From an uncultured bacterium (lineage in GTDB: Bacteria; Patescibacteriota; Dojkabacteria; J137): 64,000 nucleotides of DNA. The notes under the pieces were generated by a model, which searched no databases, was not told where the DNA came from, and saw nothing but the letters and a program-made list of their open reading frames with translations. Each line of letters begins with the position of its first letter. The first letter of the stretch is position 1. The stretch is taken from assembly GCA_963700155.1 (NCBI GenBank), contig OY969472.1, forward strand, positions 445,511 to 509,510, given 5' to 3'. Positions 40,485 through 50,333 of this stretch are shown in pieces. Position numbers and translations under genes: made by a program.

Positions 40485-43400
40485 ATGCTTAAGGATTTTA
40501 ATGCAGTAAAGATCACAATCGCTTCTCCTCAAGATATTATGAACTGGTCTCATGGAGAGGTAACAAAAGCAGAGACAATCAACTATAGAACTTTCAAGCC
40601 TGAACCAGGGGGATTAATGGCTGAAGAGATATTCGGTCCTACTAAGGACTTTGAATGTTACTGTGGTAAATACAAAAAGATTAGATACAAAGGTATTATT
40701 TGTGACAGATGTGGAGTTGAAATTACACACAAAAGAGTAAGAAGAGATAGAATGGGTCACATTAAGCTAGCTTCTCCAGTTTCTCATGTATGGTTCTCAA
40801 ATGGAGTTCCTAATAGATTAGCTTTAATTCTTGATATCCCTCAGAAGAAATTAGAAACAGTAATTTATTATGCAAGATATGTTGTTACAAATGTTGAAGA
40901 AGAAGAAAGAACTAAAGCTTTAGAGAGCTTGAAAGAATATAAACAAAATGAAATGGATGAGTTAGCAAAAGAATTAGATGACAAAATTGCTGAGGTTAAG
41001 ACCAAATTTGAAGAAGAGGCAACAGAAGCAAAGAAAGCTACAAAAGATAAGAATAAATTGGAACTTCAGTTAGAAAGATTAAGAAATAATGAAAAAACTG
41101 AAGTAGCAAGAATCAGATCTGCATTCAAACAAAGACAAGATAACATTGATAAAAAATTTGTTGATTTAAAGAGCTTAATTTCTGATATAAAATCAGGCTT
41201 TACACTATCTGAGGAAGATTATCAGCTTTTAGAGAGCTATAGTTTCTATTTCTTTACTGCAGGAATGGGAGCAGAAGCAATAAAAGAGCTTTTAGAGAAA
41301 TTAGATATCACAGTGGAGATTAATCACTTAGAAGAAGAGCAGAAATCTACAAGATCTCAGATTAAAAAATCTCGAATTGTTCAAAGATTAAGAATACTTA
41401 AGGGTTTACAAAAATCAGGTGTAAGTCCAGCATGGATAGTTTTAGATATTTTGCCTGTTATTCCTCCAGATATAAGACCTATTGTCCAACTTCCAGGAGG
41501 TAGATTTGCAACTTATGATTTAAATGATCTTTATAGAAGAGTAATAAATAGAAATAACAGATTGAAGAGACTTATTTCACTTGGAGCACCAGAAATCATT
41601 TTAAGAAATGAAAAAAGAATGCTTCAAGAATCTGTTGATTCATTATTAGATAATAATCATAAACCAGGTTCACCTTCGTTAAACTCAAGAGGATTACCAT
41701 TCAAATCATTATCGGACATGTTAAGAGGTAAGCAAGGTAGATTTAGACAGAACTTACTAGGAAAGCGGGTTGATTATTCGGGATCTGCGGTCATTGTTCC
41801 AGGACCAGAATTAAACTTCGACCAATGCGGATTACCAAAGAATTTGGCCTTAGAATTATTCAAACCATTCATTATTAGAGAATTAATTGCCAGAGGATTA
41901 GCTGCAAATCCAGCAAAAGCTAAGTTAGTATTTGAATCAAAACCAGATGAAGTTTGGGATATTTTAGAAGAAGTAAGTAAAAACAGACCAGTCTTATTGA
42001 ATAGAGCTCCTACTTTACATAGGCAGTCAATTTTAGCTTTCTATCCAGTTTTAATTGAAGGTAACTCAATTAGATTACATCCAATGACATGTGCTGGATT
42101 CAATGCTGACTTTGATGGAGACCAAATGGCAGTTCATTTACCATTATCAGAAAAAGCTGTTGAAGAAGTAAAATTAAGAATGTTTGCAAAAGAGAATCTT
42201 TTATCTTTAAGAGATGGGACCCCATTATTCAATGTGTCAAAAGATATGGCAATGGGAATTTACTTTTTAACTTTAGTAAGAGATTACCCTGAAGATAAAA
42301 TTAATATATATTCATCTGTTGAAGATTTGATGGCATCTTACCATTTGAGACAAATTAGATTTGATCAAAAAGCGAGATTACTTCTAAATGGAGAGATAAT
42401 TGAGACTTCAGCTGGGAGAGCATTGTTTAATCAAATTATGCCTGAAGATTATCCTTATGTAAATACAACCCTAAACAAAGGAGATATATCAGTATTATCA
42501 GCTGATTTGTTTAACAAATATGGTAGAGACAAGGCAATCGAAGTTCTCGATCATATTAAATTATTAGGATTTAAATATGCTGGAAGACTAGGATTCTCTG
42601 TTTCAATGCAAGAATTCAAATTCGGTGGAGAAAAGATTATTGATGAAAGATTAAAAGAATACAGTAAAAAAGAAGATGAATTGATTAATGAATACAATGA
42701 CGGTTTAATTACTGAGAATGAATTAAGATGGATTAAAAGAGATGTATGGCAAAAAGACGCAGACAAGATGCAGGAAGATGTTTGGGAATTAGCTAAAGTA
42801 AAATCTGTAAATTTAATGGATCTTCAAAATTCTGGAGCTGTTTCAGTAAGTTCATGGGTAAAAAAGATTTCAGGAGTTTCAGGATATGTTACAGATCCAT
42901 CTGGAAATATTGTAGATCTTCCATTAAAAAGTAACTTTGAAAAAGGATTCACAAATTTTGAATATTTTGTTGCTGCAAAAGGAGCAAGAAAATCATTCGC
43001 AGATGTTGCTTTAAGAACTGCTGATTCAGGATATTTAACAAGAAGACTTCATGATGTTGCACAAGATGTAATTACAAATGCAGAGGATTGCGGTACAGAT
43101 GAAGGTATAATTGTAGAAAGATCTGCAAAAAGATTACAAAGCTTTAAGAACAGAATTAGAGGTAGATATACTGCAGAAGATATTTCAGATCCAAAGACAG
43201 GGGAAATTATTGTAAAGAAAAATGAACCTATAACATTGGAGGTTGCTGAAAAAATTAATGCAATTGAAGAAATTCAAGGTATTAAAGTAAGAAGTCCATT
43301 AGCCTGCAAGATAGCACATGGAATGTGTCAAAAATGTTATGGATTTGATAATAGTACTGGAAAACTTGTTGATATTGGAGAAGCAGTAGGAACTATTGCA

Positions 43401-44438
43401 TCTCAAGCTTTAGGAGAACCTACAACTCAGCTTACTTTAAAGAGTAAATCAGACGCTAGAGCTGCAAAAGCAGACGTTACACAAGGTTTGCCAAGAGTTG
43501 AAGAACTTTTAGAAGCAAGAACACCAAAAGCACTAGCATTATTAGCTGACTTCGATGGAAAAGTAAAAATTATCGAAGATAAGAAGAAAGTTATAGTAAG
43601 AATTTCTGCTTTGAAAGAAGTTACAAAAAAATATGAAGTTAAGAATGAAAAGAATATCACTGTGAAGAACAATGCTAAAGTCAAAGCAGGAGACGTCTTG
43701 GCTGTAGCTAATAAGAAAGAATTAAATGCAGAATTCTCAGGAACAGTAGAAGTTGAAGGTAATACAATCACTTTAAAAGGTAAGAAAGATGTAGAAGTTG
43801 AAAAAGAAACAGATCAATTAGCAAACTTAATGGTAAAGGATGGAGATGAAGTTAAAAGAGGAGATCAATTAACATTCGGTTCTGTAGATCCTAAAGAACT
43901 AGCAAGGTTAAAAGATATGTATTTTGCTCAAAAGTATATTGTTGCAGGGGTACAAGATGTTTATGGAATTCAAGGATTAGAAGCTGATGATAGACATTTG
44001 GAAATTATTGCAAGACAAATGAGCAGATATGGATTAATCGTTGATAACTTTGGGAGCGAAACATTCTTACCGGGAGACTATGTTGATATCCTTGATATTG
44101 GAGAAGAAAATAAGAAATTAAAGGAGCAGGGAAATAAAGAAATTAAATACGATAGAGTATTATTAGGAATAACAAACTCAGCAATACGAACAGAAAGCTT
44201 CTTATCAGCTGCTTCGTTTGAACAGCAAGTTAGAGTTTTGACTGATGCAGCCTTGATTGGAAAGGTTGATCATTTGAGAGGATTGAAAGAAAATGTTATA
44301 ATCGGCAGACCTGTTCCATTAGGAAATGAGTTAAAAAAGAAATTAGGTATGATAGTTGATGAGGAAGAGGAAATGGAGGCAGAAGATAAGATGACTATTG
44401 ATGAACCAGGAAAAGGGAATGATGAATTCTTAGTTTAA
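40485..44438 (+). CDS. rpoC: RNA polymerase beta' subunit
   Basis: Zn finger CYCGKYK...CDRC, NRAPTLHR, catalytic NADFDGD, SGYLTRRL. Confidence 0.97.
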   Translation: MLKDFNAVKITIASPQDIMNWSHGEVTKAETINYRTFKPEPGGLMAEEIFGPTKDFECYCGKYKKIRYKGIICDRCGVEITHKRVRRDRMGHIKLASPVSHVWFSNGVPNRLALILDIPQKKLETVIYYARYVVTNVEEEERTKALESLKEYKQNEMDELAKELDDKIAEVKTKFEEEATEAKKATKDKNKLELQLERLRNNEKTEVARIRSAFKQRQDNIDKKFVDLKSLISDIKSGFTLSEEDYQLLESYSFYFFTAGMGAEAIKELLEKLDITVEINHLEEEQKSTRSQIKKSRIVQRLRILKGLQKSGVSPAWIVLDILPVIPPDIRPIVQLPGGRFATYDLNDLYRRVINRNNRLKRLISLGAPEIILRNEKRMLQESVDSLLDNNHKPGSPSLNSRGLPFKSLSDMLRGKQGRFRQNLLGKRVDYSGSAVIVPGPELNFDQCGLPKNLALELFKPFIIRELIARGLAANPAKAKLVFESKPDEVWDILEEVSKNRPVLLNRAPTLHRQSILAFYPVLIEGNSIRLHPMTCAGFNADFDGDQMAVHLPLSEKAVEEVKLRMFAKENLLSLRDGTPLFNVSKDMAMGIYFLTLVRDYPEDKINIYSSVEDLMASYHLRQIRFDQKARLLLNGEIIETSAGRALFNQIMPEDYPYVNTTLNKGDISVLSADLFNKYGRDKAIEVLDHIKLLGFKYAGRLGFSVSMQEFKFGGEKIIDERLKEYSKKEDELINEYNDGLITENELRWIKRDVWQKDADKMQEDVWELAKVKSVNLMDLQNSGAVSVSSWVKKISGVSGYVTDPSGNIVDLPLKSNFEKGFTNFEYFVAAKGARKSFADVALRTADSGYLTRRLHDVAQDVITNAEDCGTDEGIIVERSAKRLQSFKNRIRGRYTAEDISDPKTGEIIVKKNEPITLEVAEKINAIEEIQGIKVRSPLACKIAHGMCQKCYGFDNSTGKLVDIGEAVGTIASQALGEPTTQLTLKSKSDARAAKADVTQGLPRVEELLEARTPKALALLADFDGKVKIIEDKKKVIVRISALKEVTKKYEVKNEKNITVKNNAKVKAGDVLAVANKKELNAEFSGTVEVEGNTITLKGKKDVEVEKETDQLANLMVKDGDEVKRGDQLTFGSVDPKELARLKDMYFAQKYIVAGVQDVYGIQGLEADDRHLEIIARQMSRYGLIVDNFGSETFLPGDYVDILDIGEENKKLKEQGNKEIKYDRVLLGITNSAIRTESFLSAASFEQQVRVLTDAALIGKVDHLRGLKENVIIGRPVPLGNELKKKLGMIVDEEEEMEAEDKMTIDEPGKGNDEFLV

Positions 44439-44444
44439 TGATTT

Positions 44445-44474
44445 TAGGGAGGTTTCGAAGAAACCTCCCTATTT
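44445..44474 (+). terminator. Hairpin or weak terminator after rpoC
   Basis: TAGGGAGGTTTC-GAA-GAAACCTCCCTA followed by TTT. Confidence 0.6.
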
Positions 44475-44507
44475 AAGCAATATTTAATTAATTAGTAAAA
44501 TATTTAA

Positions 44508-44963
44508 ATGGCTCGAACATCACAACTAGTAAGAAAAGGAAGAAAACCTAAAAAAGGTGTCACAAGATTTAAGGGTTTACTTTTTTCAGAAAAAACAAAG
44601 TTTAAGGCATTGCATTTTAATTATAATGCCGTTAAAAACAGATACTTTAAAAAGGATAATCCTTTAAAAAGAGGGGTTTGCATTTCAGTAAAGACAATGA
44701 CACCAAGAAAACCAAACTCAGCGTTAAGAAAAATTGCTAGAGTAAGATTGTCAAATAGACAAGTAGTTACTGCATATATCCCTGGAGAAGGGCATAATTT
44801 GCAAGAACACTCAGTAGTTTTGGTAAGAGCAGGAAGAAAACCTGATCTTCCAGGAGTTAGGTATACAATCGTTAGAGGTGTATATGATACTGCTCCTGTA
44901 GATGCAAGAAGGCAAGCAAGAAGTAGATATGGAAGAAAGGCAGTTAAAAAGGTAGCTAAATAA
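44508..44963 (+). CDS. rpsL: 30S ribosomal protein S12
   Basis: [29 protein letters not shown]. Confidence 0.97.
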   Translation: MARTSQLVRKGRKPKKGVTRFKGLLFSEKTKFKALHFNYNAVKNRYFKKDNPLKRGVCISVKTMTPRKPNSALRKIARVRLSNRQVVTAYIPGEGHNLQEHSVVLVRAGRKPDLPGVRYTIVRGVYDTAPVDARRQARSRYGRKAVKKVAK

Positions 44964-45072
44964 ATTACAAATCTAAGATTAAGGAGAGTAATCTCTTTCC
45001 ACTAAAGGGGTGAAGAAATTCTTAATTCTAAGTTCAATATTAAAAAAATTTATTAATTATTATTTTATATAA

Positions 45073-45540
45073 ATGAGAGGTAAACAAGCACCTGTTAGAA
45101 AAATAAAACCTGACGAAATTTATAATAGTGAGTTAGTTTCAAAATTCATTAATTATGTAATGCAAGATGGTAAAAAAACAACAGCACAAAAAATTGTTTA
45201 TACAGCAATTAAAGAGCTTCAAGATAAAACTAAGACAAAAGGAGTCGAAGCTTTCGAAAAAGCAATAGATAATGTAAAACCAAAGATCGAAGTCAGATCA
45301 AGAAGAGTTGGCGGAGCTAACTTTCAAGTTCCTGTTCCTGTTTCAGACAGCAGACAAACCGCTTTAGCAATGAAATGGATAATTGAAGGTGCAAAATCAA
45401 CAAGAAAAACCACACCATTATACGTAAATATGGCTCAAGAATTGGTAAATGCATATAATAAAGAGGGTTCAGCAATTAAGAAAAAGGAAGATGTGCATAA
45501 AATGGCTGATGCTAATAGAGCCTTTGCTCAGTTCGCTTAA
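45073..45540 (+). CDS. rpsG: 30S ribosomal protein S7
   Basis: DGKK, EVRSRRVGGANFQVP, HKMADANRAFA. Confidence 0.97.
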   Translation: MRGKQAPVRKIKPDEIYNSELVSKFINYVMQDGKKTTAQKIVYTAIKELQDKTKTKGVEAFEKAIDNVKPKIEVRSRRVGGANFQVPVPVSDSRQTALAMKWIIEGAKSTRKTTPLYVNMAQELVNAYNKEGSAIKKKEDVHKMADANRAFAQFA

Positions 45541-45630
45541 TATTTAGTAAGTATTGATTTTTAGCTATTTTGATGATTAACTTTGTTAACTAAAAAAGAC
45601 TAATAGCTAAGTGTTTATAAAAGATGATAA

Positions 45631-45667
45631 AAGGGGGATTTTCTTCGAAAATCCCCCTTCCTTTTTT
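45631..45667. terminator. Intrinsic terminator after rpsG, possibly bidirectional
   Basis: AAGGGGGATTTTC-TTC-GAAAATCCCCCTT followed by CCTTTTTT. Confidence 0.75.
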
Positions 45668-45688
45668 CCAAATATTCCTGTACAATAA

Positions 45689-45758
45689 TCTCGCTGCCTG
45701 TTGGAGAATGCCCACAGTCAGCAGAGACTAACATAGAGCCTTCCTTAAGTTGCTTTAT
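45689..45758. ncRNA. Candidate structured non-coding RNA, unassigned
   Basis: GC-rich imperfect hairpin 45689-45727 plus a second stem ATAGAGC/GCTTTAT; TACAAT boxes on both sides. Confidence 0.3.
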
Positions 45759-45843
45759 CTAGTATTGTAATTTTAAAGAATTCAATGATATAATCGTTAA
45801 AATTCCAATATTTTTTGACATATATACTTATTAATTTACTAAA

Positions 45844-46641
45844 ATGGCAACTAAAGTTGAGAAACCAATAAAGAACTTCCTTTTAGATTTCGGATTAACC
45901 GATAAGGAAATTACCATATATCTATCATTACTAAAAACAGGTCCCAATACTATTATGAATCTGTCGCGAGAAACGGGTATCAAAAGATCAACAACACACA
46001 ACACTGTCGAAGAGCTTATTAAGAAAGGACTTGTTAGTCAAACTAACTATGGAGAGAGAAGAATGGTGGTAGCAGAAGATCCAAAAAAGCTTGAGTTTTT
46101 AATGGAGCAGAAGAGATGGGAGATGAAAAAACTAGAAGATAACCTTCCTGATATTGTTAAAGGTATTTATGATGCAGTGCCAAAAGCGAAAGAGAATAGT
46201 AAGATAGATGTAAAATATTATGAGGGTATTGGTGGTGTAAAACTTATTTATACTGAGGCTTTGAAATCAAAAGAAGTAAGATCTTATGTAAACATGGAAG
46301 AGGTAATTAAAGTATTACCAGACAATGCCGAATTGTTTTTAGAGGCTCAAGAAAAAAATAAGTATCTTATATTGAAAGAGATTGTTGAAGATACACAAAC
46401 TGCAAGAGAATATATATCTCAATTTTCTAAAAATCCTAACTATCAATATAAATTTTCACCAACAACCTTAGCTATTAAAGCTTTGGACATTTTGATATTT
46501 GATGGAAAGATTGGAGTTATTACTCTAAGAAAAGAATCTAAAGCAACAGGAATGGTAATCAGTAATATGGATTATTATGAAAACATGAAAGCATTATTTG
46601 ATTTTGTTTGGAAGATTATTCCAGATAACCAACTTGCCTAA
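45844..46641 (+). CDS. TrmB-family transcriptional regulator
   Basis: FGLTDKE..IYLSLL winged HTH, YYEG..GV, C-terminal ILIFDGKI...LFDFVW. Confidence 0.85.
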   Translation: MATKVEKPIKNFLLDFGLTDKEITIYLSLLKTGPNTIMNLSRETGIKRSTTHNTVEELIKKGLVSQTNYGERRMVVAEDPKKLEFLMEQKRWEMKKLEDNLPDIVKGIYDAVPKAKENSKIDVKYYEGIGGVKLIYTEALKSKEVRSYVNMEEVIKVLPDNAELFLEAQEKNKYLILKEIVEDTQTAREYISQFSKNPNYQYKFSPTTLAIKALDILIFDGKIGVITLRKESKATGMVISNMDYYENMKALFDFVWKIIPDNQLA

Positions 46642-46642
46642 A

Positions 46643-47245
46643 TCAGATATACTTTGTAAACATATGACCTAAACGATTTTTCTTTGTGGTAAGGTACTTT
46701 TTATTATATGGATTTGGAAGAGTTTCCAAAGGAACTCTTTCTTTAATAACAATTCCATTTTTTTCTAAAGATTTCACCTTTCTTGGATTGTTAGTCATCA
46801 ATTTAATCTCAGATATCTGCATATACTTTAATATATCTGATACAACATCATACTCCCTCTGATCTACCTCTAATTCTAATTTTTCACTAGCTTCAACAGT
46901 ATCTAGACCATCTTCTTGCATCTTTAATTCGGTAAGCTTTTTAATGAGACCATGACCTCTACCTTCCTGATTTAAATAAATAAGAATACCACCATCTCGT
47001 TGAATATTTTTTAATGCCATATCTAATTGATCTGCACAATCACAGTGAGTAGAATGAAAAACTTCGCTCAAAATACATTCTGAGTGAACTCTAACCAATG
47101 GTATATTTGGAAGTTCATTTGTATAAATAACTAAGGCATAATGCATTTCTGGTTGTGAAGGATAGTTGGTCTCAAATCCAATTAAATTAAAGTCTCCATA
47201 AGTAGTTGGGAAATTTAGTGTTTCTATTTTTTTAAGCTTACGCAT
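46643..47245 (-). CDS. ribA: GTP cyclohydrolase II family protein (variant active site)
   Basis: VRVHSEC...CDC zinc ligands, QEGRG, LMTNNPRK, YL.TK...LGH. Confidence 0.85.
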   Translation of the reverse strand: MRKLKKIETLNFPTTYGDFNLIGFETNYPSQPEMHYALVIYTNELPNIPLVRVHSECILSEVFHSTHCDCADQLDMALKNIQRDGGILIYLNQEGRGHGLIKKLTELKMQEDGLDTVEASEKLELEVDQREYDVVSDILKYMQISEIKLMTNNPRKVKSLEKNGIVIKERVPLETLPNPYNKKYLTTKKNRLGHMFTKYI

Positions 47246-47291
47246 ATTATGAATTTTACTTCATAATTATACTATAGATTTCCTTTACAAA

Positions 47292-47954
47292 CTAGGCTTC
47301 AAACCCATATTGGAAAACAAAGTAAGAAGAAATTGTATGATGTGGATTTGAGATTTCCTCTAAAAATGAGAACCCGCACATTTCCATACCTCTTTTGAAC
47401 ATATCTTTTATTTCTACCGGCTGGTTATTAAAGTAATCATCTCCAATCTCAACTATTATTTTTGCTCCATACTTTAAGTTTGAACCTAACCTCTCGAAAA
47501 TATTAACTAGTTTTAGTACATAACTTTCGTATGATTCGATTGAATTAAAATCAAACTCAGAATCTGTGTTATCGGGTTGAATAGTAAATGGAGGAGAAGT
47601 AACAATAGCATCAAATTTCATCATTCTTAAGTCAACTTTTCTACTATCATCAAAAATAAATTCTGGTTTTCTAAAGTCTTCATTACTTTCTTTTAATAGC
47701 CTCATGAGATTACGAAGTATATAAGGCCTTTTGTTAAAATCTTTTTCAACTGACACACTTCGATAACCATGTAAACCAGCCCAGAAGCCCAAAGTTCCAT
47801 ATCCAGCAAAAGGATCTAAAACTAAACTATCCTTAGGCAAATTTAAATAATCAAAAAAATATTCCAGTTGCCCATCAGAAAATCCTACCTCTAATCTATC
47901 AAAAATATCCAGAGCTTGAATATCATTATTTTTTATAATTGCATCATTTATCAT
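47292..47954 (-). CDS. Amino-methyltransferase (N4C/N6A DNA MTase-like or TRM11-like)
   Basis: LDPFAGYGT (motif I) followed by VTSPPF (motif IV); 220 aa. Confidence 0.7.
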   Translation of the reverse strand: MINDAIIKNNDIQALDIFDRLEVGFSDGQLEYFFDYLNLPKDSLVLDPFAGYGTLGFWAGLHGYRSVSVEKDFNKRPYILRNLMRLLKESNEDFRKPEFIFDDSRKVDLRMMKFDAIVTSPPFTIQPDNTDSEFDFNSIESYESYVLKLVNIFERLGSNLKYGAKIIVEIGDDYFNNQPVEIKDMFKRGMEMCGFSFLEEISNPHHTISSYFVFQYGFEA

Positions 47955-48022
47955 ATTGATTTTATAATCTCAGGATTATAACATAGCTTAATTATTCAAT
48001 ATAATCTAATTATATCTTTTTA

Positions 48023-48964
48023 ATGGGAATCTTGGAAAACATACCTTTTGTAGTAAATAATTCAAAATATGTAAATATTAATTTTGCAGAAATTGATAAC
48101 TTCTCTAACTGTAATCTAGAATTTAAGACTGATAACTCAATACTTGAGTATAAATTTAAAAATACAAAAAACACTTTAGAGTTCCTATTTATGTTTTCAT
48201 TATTAAATTTTTGTTTTTGGAATCTTCTTGAAAGTTGGGAATTCACAATCAAAAATAAAACCTATCGTAGAAGTGAAGCAATGTTAAAAGCTTTGAAGCT
48301 TTTTTACTCAAAAAGACTTAACTACAAAACTTCGGATGTATTGTTTCAACTTAGTGACAGACGTGTTTTAACTGAAGCTTTATTCGGAGCAAAAAATCTT
48401 CAATTAATTGATAAGAGGACGGAGAATCTTCGTGAAGCAGCAGTTATATTAAATGAAAATTTTGGTGGATATTTCTATAAATTTTTATATAATCATAAAC
48501 TTGAAGCCCCAACATTAATAAAAGATATATTAGATAATTTCCCTAATTTCAGTGATGAGAGTAATTATAAGGGTAAAAGCATTACCTTTAACAAAAGAGT
48601 TCAGGCTCTAGTCGCGTATATTTATTATTGCAATTTAAAGGATTATCAAATTATCAAAATTGATTATTTGACCGCTTTAGCTGATTATAGACTCCCTCAA
48701 ATACTACGAGTATTAAAGATCCTTAACTATTCCGAAGAATTAACAAATATTATCGATAAAAAAGATTTAATTCCTGCGGGTTCAGAAATGGAGGTTGAAA
48801 TAAGGGCTAATTCTGTATGGGCTGTTGAATTAATAAAGCAAGAGTTACAACAAAGAAGGAATTATATTAATGCAATAGACATTGATAACTTACTTTGGAA
48901 TAAAGCTAAAAAATCAGACTTAAAATTAAAACCTCATCATTTAACAGTAACTTCGAATTACTAA
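48023..48964 (+). CDS. Queuosine salvage family protein (DUF2419/QNG1-like nucleotide N-glycosylase)
   Basis: LNFCFW, FPNFSD, FNKRVQ, LTALADYRLPQIL, EVEIRA, ID..LW, PHHLT...Y. Confidence 0.85.
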   Translation: MGILENIPFVVNNSKYVNINFAEIDNFSNCNLEFKTDNSILEYKFKNTKNTLEFLFMFSLLNFCFWNLLESWEFTIKNKTYRRSEAMLKALKLFYSKRLNYKTSDVLFQLSDRRVLTEALFGAKNLQLIDKRTENLREAAVILNENFGGYFYKFLYNHKLEAPTLIKDILDNFPNFSDESNYKGKSITFNKRVQALVAYIYYCNLKDYQIIKIDYLTALADYRLPQILRVLKILNYSEELTNIIDKKDLIPAGSEMEVEIRANSVWAVELIKQELQQRRNYINAIDIDNLLWNKAKKSDLKLKPHHLTVTSNY

Positions 48965-49022
48965 TTTATTTACAAATATGTTTATTATTGTATAATTCAA
49001 CAAATTTATTATCACCTATTCA

Positions 49023-49748
49023 ATGAATGGCCTAAGTATTGGGGAAAAAGTTAGAAATTTTAGGTTACGTACAAAAATAAGCCAATTAGAACTAGAGATA
49101 GAAATAGGGGCATCATCTGGTAGTATTAGTAGAATTGAGAATAATTTAACAAATCCTACAAAAGAAACTTTACTAAAAATAGCTGACATTTTATCTTTGA
49201 ATTTTTCAGAAAAAACTGAATTATTAGGACTTGGTTATAATGAGGTAGAAAAATATATACCAAATAGATTTCTAAATCAAAAAATAAATAATGATACTTC
49301 CTTAAATAACATTATTAATACTAAATTCTTTGAGTTTTCCTATGTAAAAGGTAAAGATTTCTTTATCAAAGAATGTGACTCAAGTTTACAAATTCCATCA
49401 AATGAAGTCTTTTATATTCAAAATATACATAACTGGAGAAAGGTTTATTCTGAGCAAGAAGCAAATACTTACCATGTTCCAAGAAGAATGGGTATGATGA
49501 AATACGCAAAATTTTTAATAAATTATTGTGATCAAGGTCTAAACTTCAAAAGTGAAGATGACAAATTTTATAGAGAAACAAGGTTAATTAAAGAGAAGGT
49601 TGTCTTTGATTTTTCTTTGATGATAGAACAATCAACCATAACAGTATTCTTATCTGATCCTAATATAATAGCACTTACTATTAAGGACAAAGATCGGGCT
49701 GATAAAGCAAGAAAAATTTTTAATGCTATATGGGAAAATAATAGTTAA
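49023..49748 (+). CDS. XRE-family HTH regulator with TrmB-like C-terminal domain
   Basis: ISQLELE...ISRIENN..NPT; C-terminal RETRLI...IFNAIWE. Confidence 0.75.
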   Translation: MNGLSIGEKVRNFRLRTKISQLELEIEIGASSGSISRIENNLTNPTKETLLKIADILSLNFSEKTELLGLGYNEVEKYIPNRFLNQKINNDTSLNNIINTKFFEFSYVKGKDFFIKECDSSLQIPSNEVFYIQNIHNWRKVYSEQEANTYHVPRRMGMMKYAKFLINYCDQGLNFKSEDDKFYRETRLIKEKVVFDFSLMIEQSTITVFLSDPNIIALTIKDKDRADKARKIFNAIWENNS

Positions 49749-49811
49749 GTCTGCAGAACTCGTACTCCCTCCTATACTACATTAAAATATTACTAAGTTA
49801 CAATATCTATA

Positions 49812-50117
49812 TCAGCATGGGGGTGTCAAACTTTCTAGACCATTCATATAATCTTCGATAATACTTTTTACTTTTTCATAATCAAAAGGTTCATCACCTT
49901 CTTCTTCTAACCTTAGCATAAATTTATACCAACTATCTACCCATCCCCAAATATGTTCTTCTGAACCTTGCAAAGTTCCCGTCTTTGTTTTTATTTCAAG
50001 AATAAATTCATATGCCGAAGTTATAAAATCTTCCTCCCTTCCAGTCAGAACTAGATCCTGACTTTCTTCATCATCGTCTTCTAGATAAATATTATTTAAA
50101 TTATTATCATCATTCAT
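49812..50117 (-). CDS. Small acidic hypothetical protein
   Basis: 101 aa ORF with ATG start; no recognised motif. Confidence 0.55.
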   Translation of the reverse strand: MNDDNNLNNIYLEDDDEESQDLVLTGREEDFITSAYEFILEIKTKTGTLQGSEEHIWGWVDSWYKFMLRLEEEGDEPFDYEKVKSIIEDYMNGLESLTPPC

Positions 50118-50333
50118 TTATTGTTTTATAATATAGTTTAACTATTCTCAAGCTGTAATTAAAGTTTTGTGAATTATATCATGTGAATCACAAACCTCCT
50201 AGCAGAGAATACACTATCCGCTAATATTATTGCGCCATGTCATCCTAAGTTAGAGACGAGTATAAATAACTAATTCAAATTAACACTAGTAAAGGTAGAA
50301 AATTTTGATTTCAATACATATCGTAGATAAATT

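Noticed and set aside
47292-47954. Restriction-modification system
   Set aside because: No neighbouring endonuclease or specificity subunit; the MTase is short and its target unknown.
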